From assembly GCA_965226555.1 (NCBI GenBank), contig CBDDDG010000012.1:64001-128000 (forward strand): a stretch of 64,000 nucleotides of DNA. The letters run 5' to 3'. Under the pieces are notes generated by a model. The model worked only from the letters and a program-made list of their open reading frames with translations, searched no databases and was not told the DNA's origin. Shown piece after piece: positions 49,607 to 59,133 of this stretch. The position numbers and the translations under genes were made by a program. How positions within the stretch are numbered: position 1 is the first letter of the stretch; the number at the start of each line of letters is the position of its first letter. The DNA is from Salinispira sp. (lineage in GTDB: Bacteria > Spirochaetota > Spirochaetia > DSM-27196 > Salinispiraceae).

Positions 49607-50914
49607 ATGAGAAAAGATTATATCGGTATGGTACATGACAAAAGCTGGAAATATGTTTTCGGGAATGCTCAGATATTCCGTGACTTCATATATTCATACT
49701 TCAACAAAGGCCTCGCGCGGAGCATTGTTCCGGGGAGCGTGGAGAGTATCGACTCAGAGCATACCAGCCCACATTCCCGACTCCCCGAAAAAAATCACAA
49801 CATTCTTTCAAAAAACACAGTCAAAAATGACAGTTTACCCGTCACAGATGTAGGAGGAATGTTTATGAAAAAATCATCCCACAGCACAGGCCACATCCAC
49901 GACATAGCCTTCAAGATCGCCTACTACAGAACCCCCCGGCTGATTCCCGACCTGCTGCGGCTGTTCTGTGAGGATACAACGCTTTCCAAGCTGGACATGA
50001 ACAAAATCCGCATTGAAACCCCAAGCTACATTGCAGGAAAAAAGAACCTTCACTGCGCTCTCGTTGTCAGCGCCCCCTTCCTATCAGACCCCGACCGGAA
50101 GGCCCTGTTCATTATTGAACACAAAAGTTACCTGCGCAAACATGTTCTCACACAGATCGATGACTATCAGCATGCCCTCAGAAACAGCAATGTGTACAAT
50201 GAAAATGATGCTATCTATATATTGTTGCTCTACCATGGAAAAAAGGAATGGAACCTCCCACTCACATTTTACAGTTCGCATGGAAATGCTGCTTCCGAAT
50301 CCCTTACCGAAGGCACGGTAGATGTCAGGGTGAAAGTGTCGTACATTGTGCGCGATCTGAGGCGAATGGACAAGAAGCAGTTGGCATGGCGTTTCGATGG
50401 AAAACAATATACATCGACTGCATTGTGGTATATAATGCGAGATAATGAAATGAATGATGAGGGGCTGAAAGAAATTGCGCAGCTCCTGAACGGTCTGTCA
50501 TCACAAGACTTTACTGATCTAGCAGAGAGTGTGCTAGGATATATGAAGGAACTGGGACTGTATGAGCAGTTTGAGAAAATTGACAGGGAACTGTTCCCTG
50601 GAGGAGAAAACAGTATGCGGACATATAATATTACCAACGCCTTCGTCAGGGAAGGCATTGCGAAGGGCATGGAGAAAGGTATTCTGAAAGGCCGTGTTGA
50701 AGGTCTTGAGCAGGGTATCACAAAGGGCAGGGCTGAGGGCATTGAGAAAGGTATTCTGAAAGGACTGCGAACAGGTCGTGCTGAGGGGCATATTGAGGAG
50801 CGGAGAAAAAACGCCCGCAGTATGTTTTCCATAGGACTTTCAGCAGATGACGTTCGGAAGGTTACCGGGCTGAGCGATGAGGAAATGCAGACAGTGCGGA
50901 ACGGATCGCATTAA
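49607..50914 (+). CDS. Rpn family nuclease, uninterrupted (core start ATG 49865; in-frame upstream Rpn N-terminal fragment)
   Basis: FIIEHKSY uninterrupted, but CALVV replaces CDLVV; internal GGAGGAG + ATG 50615. Confidence 0.9.
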   Translation: MRKDYIGMVHDKSWKYVFGNAQIFRDFIYSYFNKGLARSIVPGSVESIDSEHTSPHSRLPEKNHNILSKNTVKNDSLPVTDVGGMFMKKSSHSTGHIHDIAFKIAYYRTPRLIPDLLRLFCEDTTLSKLDMNKIRIETPSYIAGKKNLHCALVVSAPFLSDPDRKALFIIEHKSYLRKHVLTQIDDYQHALRNSNVYNENDAIYILLLYHGKKEWNLPLTFYSSHGNAASESLTEGTVDVRVKVSYIVRDLRRMDKKQLAWRFDGKQYTSTALWYIMRDNEMNDEGLKEIAQLLNGLSSQDFTDLAESVLGYMKELGLYEQFEKIDRELFPGGENSMRTYNITNAFVREGIAKGMEKGILKGRVEGLEQGITKGRAEGIEKGILKGLRTGRAEGHIEERRKNARSMFSIGLSADDVRKVTGLSDEEMQTVRNGSH

Positions 50915-50980
50915 TTGACGTTGCTCCGCGTTGCTCGCCCGGGCATCCGGTTCGCCCCGCGCCGGGATCAGGTCAAATAG

Positions 50981-51108
50981 TAGAAACTTTTGCATTGGAA
51001 AATTGTGCTTGCACAATTTCCAGTAGCAAAAGTTTCAGATTCGGAATGCTTTCTTTGTGCTTAGCATTCTCCTATTTTATAGAAAGTTTTGCATTTTGCA
51101 AAATTTTG
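50981..51108. repeat. Double-hairpin element between Rpn units
   Basis: Copy of 49404-49531. Confidence 0.9.
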
Positions 51109-51469
51109 TAATATCTCAAAATAATAAAAATAATTACAAAAATTTCTCATATTCACCATTCATATTTTACCCGTCTATATAGTATGAGAAAAGATTATAT
51201 CGGTATGGTACATGACAAAAGCTGGAAATATGTTTTCGGGAATGCTCAGATATTCCGTGACTTCATATATTCATACTTCAACAAAGGCCTCGCGCGGAGC
51301 ATTGTTCCGGGGAGCGTGCGTCAATACACCCTATAATACAGGGCGAATTCAACCATACGCTCACCCCCATTCCCGACTCCCTGAAAAAAACACAACATTT
51401 TTTCAAATTCTTTCAAAAAACACAGTTAAAAATGACTTTTTACCCGTCACAGATGTAGGAGGAATGTTT

Positions 51470-52715
51470 ATGAAAAAATCATCCCACAGCACAGGCCACA
51501 TCCACGACATAGCCTTCAAGATCGCCTACTACAGAACCCCCCGTATGATTCCCGATCTACTGCGGCTGTTCTGTGAGGATACTGCGCTTGCCAAGCTGGA
51601 CTTGGGCAAAATCCGCATTGAAAACCCCAGCTACATTGCAGGAAAAAAGAACCTTCACTGCGCTCTCGTTGTCAGCGCCCCCTTCCTGTCAGACCCCAAG
51701 CGAAAAGCCCTGTTCATTACTGAAAATTTTGCTCCGCAAAATTTTCCAATGAGGATTCTCTTATCTATACTCTTGATTCTCTCACGGTATAGAAAGTTTT
51801 GCCTTGGAAAATTGTGCAAGCACAATTTCCAGTAGCAAAACTTTTGTATTGAGCACAAAAGCTACCTGCACAAACATGTTCTCACTCAAATCGATGACTA
51901 TCAGTATGCCCTCAGAAACAGCAATGTGTACAATGAAAATGATGCTATCTATATATTGTTGCTCTACCATGGAAAAAAGGAATGGAACCTCCCACTCACA
52001 TTTTACAGTTCGCATGGAAATGCTGCTTTCGAATCTATGATTGAAGGCACGGTAGATGTCAGGGTGAAAGTGTCGTACATTGTGCGCGATCTTTGTAGAA
52101 TGACAAAGAAACAGTTGGCATGGCGTTCTGATGAAAAACGATATACATCGACTGCATTGTGGTATATAATGCGAGATAATAACAAAGTTTTTCCTAAAGG
52201 AAAAACTTTCTATACCGTGAGAGAATCAAGAGTATAGATGAGAGAATCCTCATTTGAAAATTGTGCAGAGCACAATTTTCAGTGAAATGGACACTGAGGG
52301 GCTGAAAGAGATTGCGCAGCTCCTGAACGGTCTGTCTTCACAAGACTTTACTGATCTGGCAGAGAGTGTGTTAGGGTATATGAAAAATTTAGGACTGTAT
52401 GAACAGTTTGAGAAAATTGACAGGGAACTGTTCCCTGGAGGAGAAAACAGTATGCGGACATATAATATTACCAACCCCTTCATCAGGGAAGGCATGGAGA
52501 AAGGTATTCTGAAAGGCAGGGTTGAAGGTCTTGAGCAGGGTATCACAAAGGGCAGGCAGGAAGGACTGCGAACAGGTCGCGCTGAGGGGCATATTGAGGA
52601 GCGGAGAAAAAACGCCCGCAGTATGTTTTCCATAGGACTTTCAGCAGATGACGTTCGGAAGGTTACCGGGCTGAGCGATGAGGAAATGCAGACAGTGCGG
52701 AACGGATCGCATTAA
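51470..52715 (+). pseudogene. Rpn nuclease with two hairpin insertions; small C-terminal ORF 52452-52715 intact
   Basis: Insertions at 51720-51846 (in-frame TAG) and 52183-52282 (frameshift). Confidence 0.9.
52183..52282. repeat. 100-bp double-hairpin insertion, opposite orientation
   Basis: Spacer is the reverse complement of the 127-bp element spacer; flanked by TAA/TGA. Confidence 0.9.
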
Positions 52716-52781
52716 TTGACGTTGCTCCGCGTTGCTCGCCCGGGCATCCGGTTCGCCCCGCGCCGGGATCAGGTCAAATAG

Positions 52782-52810
52782 TAGAAAGTTTTGCATTTTG
52801 CAAAACTTTG
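52782..52810. repeat. Short hairpin unit
   Basis: TAGAAAGTTTTGCATTTTGCAAAACTTTG. Confidence 0.85.
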
Positions 52811-52908
52811 TAGTAATATCTTTCCATAAATTAACAATGTAATTTGACAACAATGAGTAAATTGTAGTATATTATAAGCTTATTCTATTATTCGAGTTAT
52901 GCCTATAT

Positions 52909-54369
52909 ATGTGTCCTGCAAGTACAATGTCTTCTCTGAGCGATTCGGAGAACAAAATACAATTTCCCAATATCCGATTTTATGATCAGGACTTTGTTGA
53001 AGCATATGATCAAACATGGAACTGGGTTGAAGATTGTTATTCAGACGAAATTAATATTTTTGGTGAGTTTCAGAAATTATTCATTGCTCCCGGGGCAAAC
53101 ACAATAAATTCGCTCGATGCCTGCTTTTCAACATTTTTTCTTGTCTACAGCAACACAATATATTCCAGCCTTCCTCAGTTAGATTTTTTTTACAGCCGTC
53201 AGGAGGAAAACGGTGCAATTCGAAGTACCTATTCCCTTGCGAGTACCGAACCGGTATTTTCCGATGACAATCCGGAATCCCTCGGCCTCCCGCTTTTTGC
53301 CTGGACTGAATACAATTTGTACCACAAACTGGGAAACAAACGGCGGATTCGCGAGGTAATGCCAATTCTTGAGGCATATTTTAGCTGGATCGCAAATAAT
53401 TTTAAAGACGAAAACGGCTTATATGCAACACCATTAGCCGCCACTGGCATGATCAATTCCCCCCGGAATGAAGCACGGTATTTTGTCGATTTTAACATGG
53501 TTCAGGCAATAAATGCCTTGTACATGAGCGAACTCGGTGATATTCTTAATGATAAGGAAATTACCTTCAGATACAAACAGCATTATTTTACCCTGAAAAC
53601 CCGAATAAATCAGAAAATGTGGTGTGAAGAAACCGGGTTTTATTTTGATGTAGATAAACATCAGAATAAACTGAATGTAAAAACCCTTGCAGCCTATTGG
53701 AGTCTTATTGCTGAGCTGCCGAATGATGCAAAATTTGAGCGTCTTTTTTCCTATCTGAAAGATCCGAATGTCTTTGGAACACCAAATCCCTTTCCTTCTC
53801 TTGCTGTTAACGAACCGGCTTTCAACAAAGATGGAAATGCCTACTGCGGTTCTGTGTTTCCGCATCTGACATTCATGGTTATAAAGGGTCTGGAAAAATA
53901 TTCCGGCTATGAGTTTGCCCGTTCTGCGAGCATCCGTCATCTCTATTATATTCTCGATGCCCTCCATCCTGAAGGAAATACGCAGGGAAACGTGTACGCT
54001 GCCTATAAGCCGACTGAAGAGGGCCCCGCGACATGGATAGATGATAAGCAGGGAGCGGTTGCCATGTATTTACCCTATGTCGGATTGTCGACAATATCGC
54101 TTATGATCGAAAACATTATTGGTCTGTACATAAGCTTACCGAGAAAAACCGTTGTCTGGATCGTTCCAACGCTTGAAAATATGGGAATTGAAAATCTTTC
54201 CCTGAAGAGAAATCTTATTACCATTCTCAGCAACAAGAGCAACAGAGGGTGGGAAGTACGGTTGGAAAGCGAAAAGTTATATTATTTTACAATTGATATT
54301 CTCAGCAAGAAACGAAAAACCCTGCCCATACCGAGCGGTAAGTGCTCCATACTTCTGGATAAACTATAG
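52909..54369 (+). CDS. Trehalase/GH63-like (alpha/alpha)6 glycosidase-family protein
   Basis: TGMINSPR, INQKMW.E..GFYFD, PFPSLA, YCGSVFP; some catalytic-region motifs look degenerate. Confidence 0.75.
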   Translation: MCPASTMSSLSDSENKIQFPNIRFYDQDFVEAYDQTWNWVEDCYSDEINIFGEFQKLFIAPGANTINSLDACFSTFFLVYSNTIYSSLPQLDFFYSRQEENGAIRSTYSLASTEPVFSDDNPESLGLPLFAWTEYNLYHKLGNKRRIREVMPILEAYFSWIANNFKDENGLYATPLAATGMINSPRNEARYFVDFNMVQAINALYMSELGDILNDKEITFRYKQHYFTLKTRINQKMWCEETGFYFDVDKHQNKLNVKTLAAYWSLIAELPNDAKFERLFSYLKDPNVFGTPNPFPSLAVNEPAFNKDGNAYCGSVFPHLTFMVIKGLEKYSGYEFARSASIRHLYYILDALHPEGNTQGNVYAAYKPTEEGPATWIDDKQGAVAMYLPYVGLSTISLMIENIIGLYISLPRKTVVWIVPTLENMGIENLSLKRNLITILSNKSNRGWEVRLESEKLYYFTIDILSKKRKTLPIPSGKCSILLDKL

Positions 54370-54449
54370 AACCCCCCGGTACGTTTCAAAGTGCATGGGT
54401 TGAATTCACCCTATCTTGACTTTTCCTCTATCAATGTATACAAACAATC

Positions 54450-54722
54450 ATGGACAAACGGGAACTGGAAATTACCGCTGAACTTGCGGATATTGAGTTG
54501 AGCGATTCTGACATTGGACGTTTTACTCAGGCAGTTGAACAGATGATACAGCACTTTGAGGTAATGGCGGGTGTTGATGTTGATGATCATGTATCTGATG
54601 CTCGGCCTGTGGGGCATGCTCTTCGTGAAGACAGGGCGCATAAGTCGGTAATGAACGATGCGATTATTGATCAGTCGCCGGAACATGAAGACCGGTACAT
54701 TATTATTCCCAATGTCCTGTAG
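54450..54722 (+). CDS. gatC: Asp/Glu-tRNA amidotransferase subunit C
   Basis: TAELA.I.L, LRED, IIIPNVL; upstream of gatA. Confidence 0.9.
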   Translation: MDKRELEITAELADIELSDSDIGRFTQAVEQMIQHFEVMAGVDVDDHVSDARPVGHALREDRAHKSVMNDAIIDQSPEHEDRYIIIPNVL

Positions 54723-54725
54723 GTT

Positions 54726-56252
54726 TTGGTGAGCGCGACTATGAAATTGTGGAAATCTTGTACAGCCGATAATCTCGCAGAATACGAAGCCTTTGTGAAG
54801 GAACTGGATGCCCGCATCGGCGCCTTTCTGTATTTTGATGCGAAGCAGGGCGTTGAAATGAGCATGAAAGCCGCCGCCGCCGACCCCCCCGCCGACCCCG
54901 ACTCGCGCGGCACTCTCGGCGCCCCCGACGACCCCGACTCGCGCGGCACTCTCGGCGCCCCCGACCCCCTCTGCGGACTACCCTTCGCGGTGAAGGACAA
55001 CATCGCTGTCCGCTCCATGCCCCTCACCTGCGGGTCAAAATTTCTAGAAAATTACATTTCACCCTATAACGCAACGGTCATTGAGCGCCTCCGTGCGCGG
55101 GGGGCGGTACCGGTCGGCAAGACAAATCTCGATGAATTCGGCATGGGATCATCCACCGATAATTCGGCATTGCAGCAGACGAATAATCCCTGGGATGAGG
55201 AACGGGTCAGCGGTGGTTCATCCGGCGGTTCGGCTGCGGCTGCGGCTGCGGGTATGGTTCCGTTTGCACTTGGTTCGGATACCGGAGGATCGGTACGGCA
55301 GCCCGCAGCCTTCTGCGGAATTTATGGTCTGAAACCAACCTATGCCTCAGTGAGCCGTTACGGCCTCGTTGCCTACGCCTCCTCGCTCGATGTTATTGGT
55401 GTACTTTCGGGAAATCTGGATCTGACTCGCGTGGTTTTTGAAGCAATTCGCGGGCAGGACAACATGGATCAGAGCTCGCTGACCGTCCATGCCATCCACG
55501 ATCTTTCCCGGGCCCTTCCAAAGAATTTTCCAATGAAAAAATCCGGAATACGGTCAATCGGTTTCCTGAAAGGTGAACGCGGTTTAAGCGATGAGGTTGC
55601 TGAGGCATACACGGGCACAGTAGACTACCTGAAAAAAAGCGGATATGAACTCTGCGGTATTGAACTGCCGAGTGTTGAATATGCGGCATCCGTGTATCAT
55701 ATAATTGCTGCTGCGGAAGCAAGTTCCAACCTTGCCCGGTTTAACGGCATTCGTTACGGCAACCGGCCTGCCTATGCCGAAAATCCGGATGACCTCGTGC
55801 GGAAGGCGCGAAATGCCGGTTTCGGCAATGAGGTGAAACTGAGAATACTCCTGGGAACATATGTGCTTCGTTCGGGGTTTCAGGATAAGTATTATCAAAA
55901 GGCTCAGAACATACGGAGAAAAATGCGTCAGAACTTTAACGATATGTTTTCTCAGGTCGATGTCTTACTTATGCCGGTTTTTCCAACTCAGGCATTTCCT
56001 CATAAGGGACAGGACAATTTTCAGCAGCGCCTTTCTGACCGCTTTACTGCGCTGGCCAATCTTACCGGAGTTCCGGCGCTGTCCTGTCCTGCCGGGCTGA
56101 AAAATGGTCTGCCCTGCGCGGTACAATGCCTCGCGCCCGCATTTCATGAGCATCTCCTCTTTGAAATAGCGGGAGAATTGCAGAAAGAATTTCCGGTTCC
56201 GGGAATTCCCAATGATTCCTTTGCTGATTTTGCCGATGCGGCTAAATTCTGA
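54726..56252 (+). CDS. gatA: Asp/Glu-tRNA amidotransferase subunit A
   Basis: AVKDNI, GKTNLDEFGMGSS, GGSSGGS, GSDTGGSVRQPA. Confidence 0.96.
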   Translation: MVSATMKLWKSCTADNLAEYEAFVKELDARIGAFLYFDAKQGVEMSMKAAAADPPADPDSRGTLGAPDDPDSRGTLGAPDPLCGLPFAVKDNIAVRSMPLTCGSKFLENYISPYNATVIERLRARGAVPVGKTNLDEFGMGSSTDNSALQQTNNPWDEERVSGGSSGGSAAAAAAGMVPFALGSDTGGSVRQPAAFCGIYGLKPTYASVSRYGLVAYASSLDVIGVLSGNLDLTRVVFEAIRGQDNMDQSSLTVHAIHDLSRALPKNFPMKKSGIRSIGFLKGERGLSDEVAEAYTGTVDYLKKSGYELCGIELPSVEYAASVYHIIAAAEASSNLARFNGIRYGNRPAYAENPDDLVRKARNAGFGNEVKLRILLGTYVLRSGFQDKYYQKAQNIRRKMRQNFNDMFSQVDVLLMPVFPTQAFPHKGQDNFQQRLSDRFTALANLTGVPALSCPAGLKNGLPCAVQCLAPAFHEHLLFEIAGELQKEFPVPGIPNDSFADFADAAKF

Positions 56253-56286
56253 CACGAACAACCGAAAAATTGGAGTAAAACATACA

Positions 56287-57765
56287 ATGTATCAGGCATT
56301 TATCGGACTGGAAATACACATTCAACTCAAATCGGAATCAAAAATCTTCTGTGCCTGCAGAAATTCCTTCGGCGATGAACCAAATACCAATATCTGCCCG
56401 ACATGCATGGGACTTCCCGGCACCCTGCCTGTTCTCAACGGAGAAGCCATGCTGAAATCGTACCTGCTTGCGCAGGCGCTTGGCTGCGAGCTCGCTGAAG
56501 AATGCTTTTTCGAACGCAAGAACTATTTTTACCCCGATCTGCCGAAGAATTACCAAATTTCTCAGTTTGAGCAGCCACTTGGCACAAAGGGTCATATCTA
56601 TATCGATATTGATGGTCAGAAAAAACGCATTACAATTCGGGAATGTCACCTTGAAGAGGATGCGGGTAAAATGATCCATACTGGCGATGTCAGTCTGCTG
56701 GATTACAACCGCACCGGCACCCCGCTTATTGAGATAGTTACCGAACCCGACATGGAAAAACCCGAGGAAGCTGAAATTCTCATTCATGAGCTGCGCCGCA
56801 TTGTCCGTTACATGGGCTTGAGCGATGGAAACATGGAGGAGGGATCACTTCGGGCAGATGCAAATGTTTCTGTGAACCATTCCGGTCAGGGGCTCGGCAG
56901 TAAGGTGGAAATAAAAAACCTCAATTCATCCCGTTTTGTGAAAAAAAGCCTGAGTTATGAGATACAGCGGCAGCAGAGCATTCTCGATAGCGCGGCTCCC
57001 GTTATACAGGAAACGAGGCTCTGGAATGAAAACAGAGATCAGACAGAGAGCATGCGTGTGAAAGAAAATTCAAACGATTATCGGTACTTCCCCGATCCTG
57101 ATCTTCCCCGGTTTTATGCCGATGAGGATTTTCTGAAAACGGTGCATGCCTTTCACGTTGAACTTCCCCTTCCCCGGCGTGAACGCTTCATACAGGACTA
57201 TTCCCTCACACGGGAACAGGCTGCCTTTCTCTGCGAGGAAAGGCCGCTTGCCGATTATTTTGAAACATGCCTGAAGCTGAATGCCGACCCCCAGCAGGTA
57301 GCGGTATGGCTTGCCTCCGATGTTCAGAAAGAACTGAACCGTAATGCTGTTGCCCTTTTCGACTCCCCGCTCAGCCCGCAGCGTCTGGTTGCGATACTTG
57401 ATCTCCTGCAAAGCGGCAGAATTCACGGGAGAATTGCCAAACAGGTACTTACTGCCGTTTTTCAGGAAAATAAGGACCCTGTAGACATTATCCGTGAGAA
57501 GAATTTAGAGCAAATAGTCGATTCCGGTGAAATTGATACGCTCATACAGACGGTGATGACGGAGAATCCTCATGTTCTGAAAGAACAGGATACAACAAAG
57601 GTTCGTAAATTTCTCATGGGTAAAGTTATGCAGAAAAGCTCAGGACGCGTTGACCCCCGGCTCGCTCAGGAAGGCCTTGAACGCGCCCTTACAGACCGCG
57701 CCCACACAGACCGCACAGAGCACGCAGACCGCGCCCGCCCGGAGCGCGCAGGATCAGAAAGATGA
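56287..57765 (+). CDS. gatB: Asp/Glu-tRNA amidotransferase subunit B
   Basis: IGLEIHIQL, RKNYFYPDLPKNYQISQ, HLEEDAGK, YRYFPDPDL. Confidence 0.97.
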   Translation: MYQAFIGLEIHIQLKSESKIFCACRNSFGDEPNTNICPTCMGLPGTLPVLNGEAMLKSYLLAQALGCELAEECFFERKNYFYPDLPKNYQISQFEQPLGTKGHIYIDIDGQKKRITIRECHLEEDAGKMIHTGDVSLLDYNRTGTPLIEIVTEPDMEKPEEAEILIHELRRIVRYMGLSDGNMEEGSLRADANVSVNHSGQGLGSKVEIKNLNSSRFVKKSLSYEIQRQQSILDSAAPVIQETRLWNENRDQTESMRVKENSNDYRYFPDPDLPRFYADEDFLKTVHAFHVELPLPRRERFIQDYSLTREQAAFLCEERPLADYFETCLKLNADPQQVAVWLASDVQKELNRNAVALFDSPLSPQRLVAILDLLQSGRIHGRIAKQVLTAVFQENKDPVDIIREKNLEQIVDSGEIDTLIQTVMTENPHVLKEQDTTKVRKFLMGKVMQKSSGRVDPRLAQEGLERALTDRAHTDRTEHADRARPERAGSER

Positions 57766-59039
57766 TGAAACGGACATTGGCCCGGGAATTACCGGCGGCA
57801 GCGGGCAGGCAGGTTACTGTTTCCGGGTGGGTACATCGCATTCGGGAACTTGGAGCGGTAAATTTTATTCTTCTCCGCGACCGCAGCGGGATTATGCAGT
57901 TGGTTCTGAATGATGCGCATGAAATTACCCTTGAATCGGTTCTTGAGGTACGGGGAACTGTTCAGAAAAACGATAAGGCGCCGTCCGGCTTTGAGCTGGC
58001 GGTGGAAAAGCTTACTGTTCTGTCCGCAGCGGCGCCGGATATTACCTTCCCGGTGAATCAGAACCCCGACAAGGCGGGCTTAGATGCCCTGCTCGATAAT
58101 CGGATGATCAGCTTGAGAAACCCCAAAGTACTCAATATTTTTCGCATTCAAAGCAGCATCATCCACTATTTTCAGGAATATCTCCGAAAAGAAGACTTTA
58201 CCGAGATAAAAACGAGCAAGCTCATTGGTTCCGGCACCGAGGGCGGAACCGGACTTTTTGAGGTGAACTACTTCGACAGCACACTTTTTCTCGCCCAGAG
58301 CCCCCAGTTTTATAAGCAGGCCATGATTGCCAGCGGACTTGAGCGGGTGTTTGAAGTTGCCCCTGCCTACCGCGCAGAGAAACACGATACCCCGCGGCAC
58401 CTCAATGAGTATGTATCGCTCGATGTCGAAATGGCATACATACGCGATGAAACCGATCTCATGGATCTGGAATGCGGTATTCTCAGCGCCATTTTCACCG
58501 GTTTGCGGAACGAACACGGCAAAATTCTTGCGGAATATGATGCAGCATTACCAGACCCTGAAACTATTCATGCCATTCCCCGCCTTGCCCATGAAGAAGC
58601 CCGGGCTATTGTTTCGAAAAAAAAGGGACAAAAGGTGTTTGAGATTAACCCTGAAGGCGAGCGCCTTCTATGCGCCTGGGCGCAGGAAGAACATGGCATT
58701 GATGCCGTATTCATTCAGTCCTTTCCCCGCAGAAAACGCCCCTTTTACACATATCCCGATGGCCGGAAGACAAAAAGCTTCGACCTCATTTTTCGCGGGC
58801 TGGAAATTACCACCGGCGGTCAGCGCATTAACGACTACCCTATGATGCTGGAAACACTGCCGGCCTTCGGACTCAGTGAAAGCGGTCTCGGTGCCTATAT
58901 GGATATTTTCCGGTTCGGCTGCCCGCCCCATGGAGGCTTCGCTATTGGACTTGAGCGGCTTACCCAGAAAATTCTGGGTCTTTCAAACGTTAAGGAAGCC
59001 AGCCTGTTTCCCCGCGATAGAAAGCGGGTGAGTCCCTGA
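57762..59039 (+). CDS. aspS: Non-discriminating (archaeal-type) aspartyl-tRNA synthetase
   Basis: OB-fold GWVHRIR, LAQSPQFYKQ, RHLNE, PPHGGFAIGLERL; 425 aa; follows gatCAB. Confidence 0.92.
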   Translation: MMKRTLARELPAAAGRQVTVSGWVHRIRELGAVNFILLRDRSGIMQLVLNDAHEITLESVLEVRGTVQKNDKAPSGFELAVEKLTVLSAAAPDITFPVNQNPDKAGLDALLDNRMISLRNPKVLNIFRIQSSIIHYFQEYLRKEDFTEIKTSKLIGSGTEGGTGLFEVNYFDSTLFLAQSPQFYKQAMIASGLERVFEVAPAYRAEKHDTPRHLNEYVSLDVEMAYIRDETDLMDLECGILSAIFTGLRNEHGKILAEYDAALPDPETIHAIPRLAHEEARAIVSKKKGQKVFEINPEGERLLCAWAQEEHGIDAVFIQSFPRRKRPFYTYPDGRKTKSFDLIFRGLEITTGGQRINDYPMMLETLPAFGLSESGLGAYMDIFRFGCPPHGGFAIGLERLTQKILGLSNVKEASLFPRDRKRVSP

Positions 59040-59133
59040 CAGCTAAGTCCTGACGCAGTGTTACAATTGGCGGGAGAATGTCGTTGTCAGTCTGGACTGA
59101 AGGAACAATACTTAGTTCTGGAGGTGGTGATAT

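Noticed and set aside
48191..52820. Integron cassette array
   Set aside because: Hairpins lack RYYYAAC/GTTRRRY ends, no tyrosine integrase is present, and all units carry the same gene.
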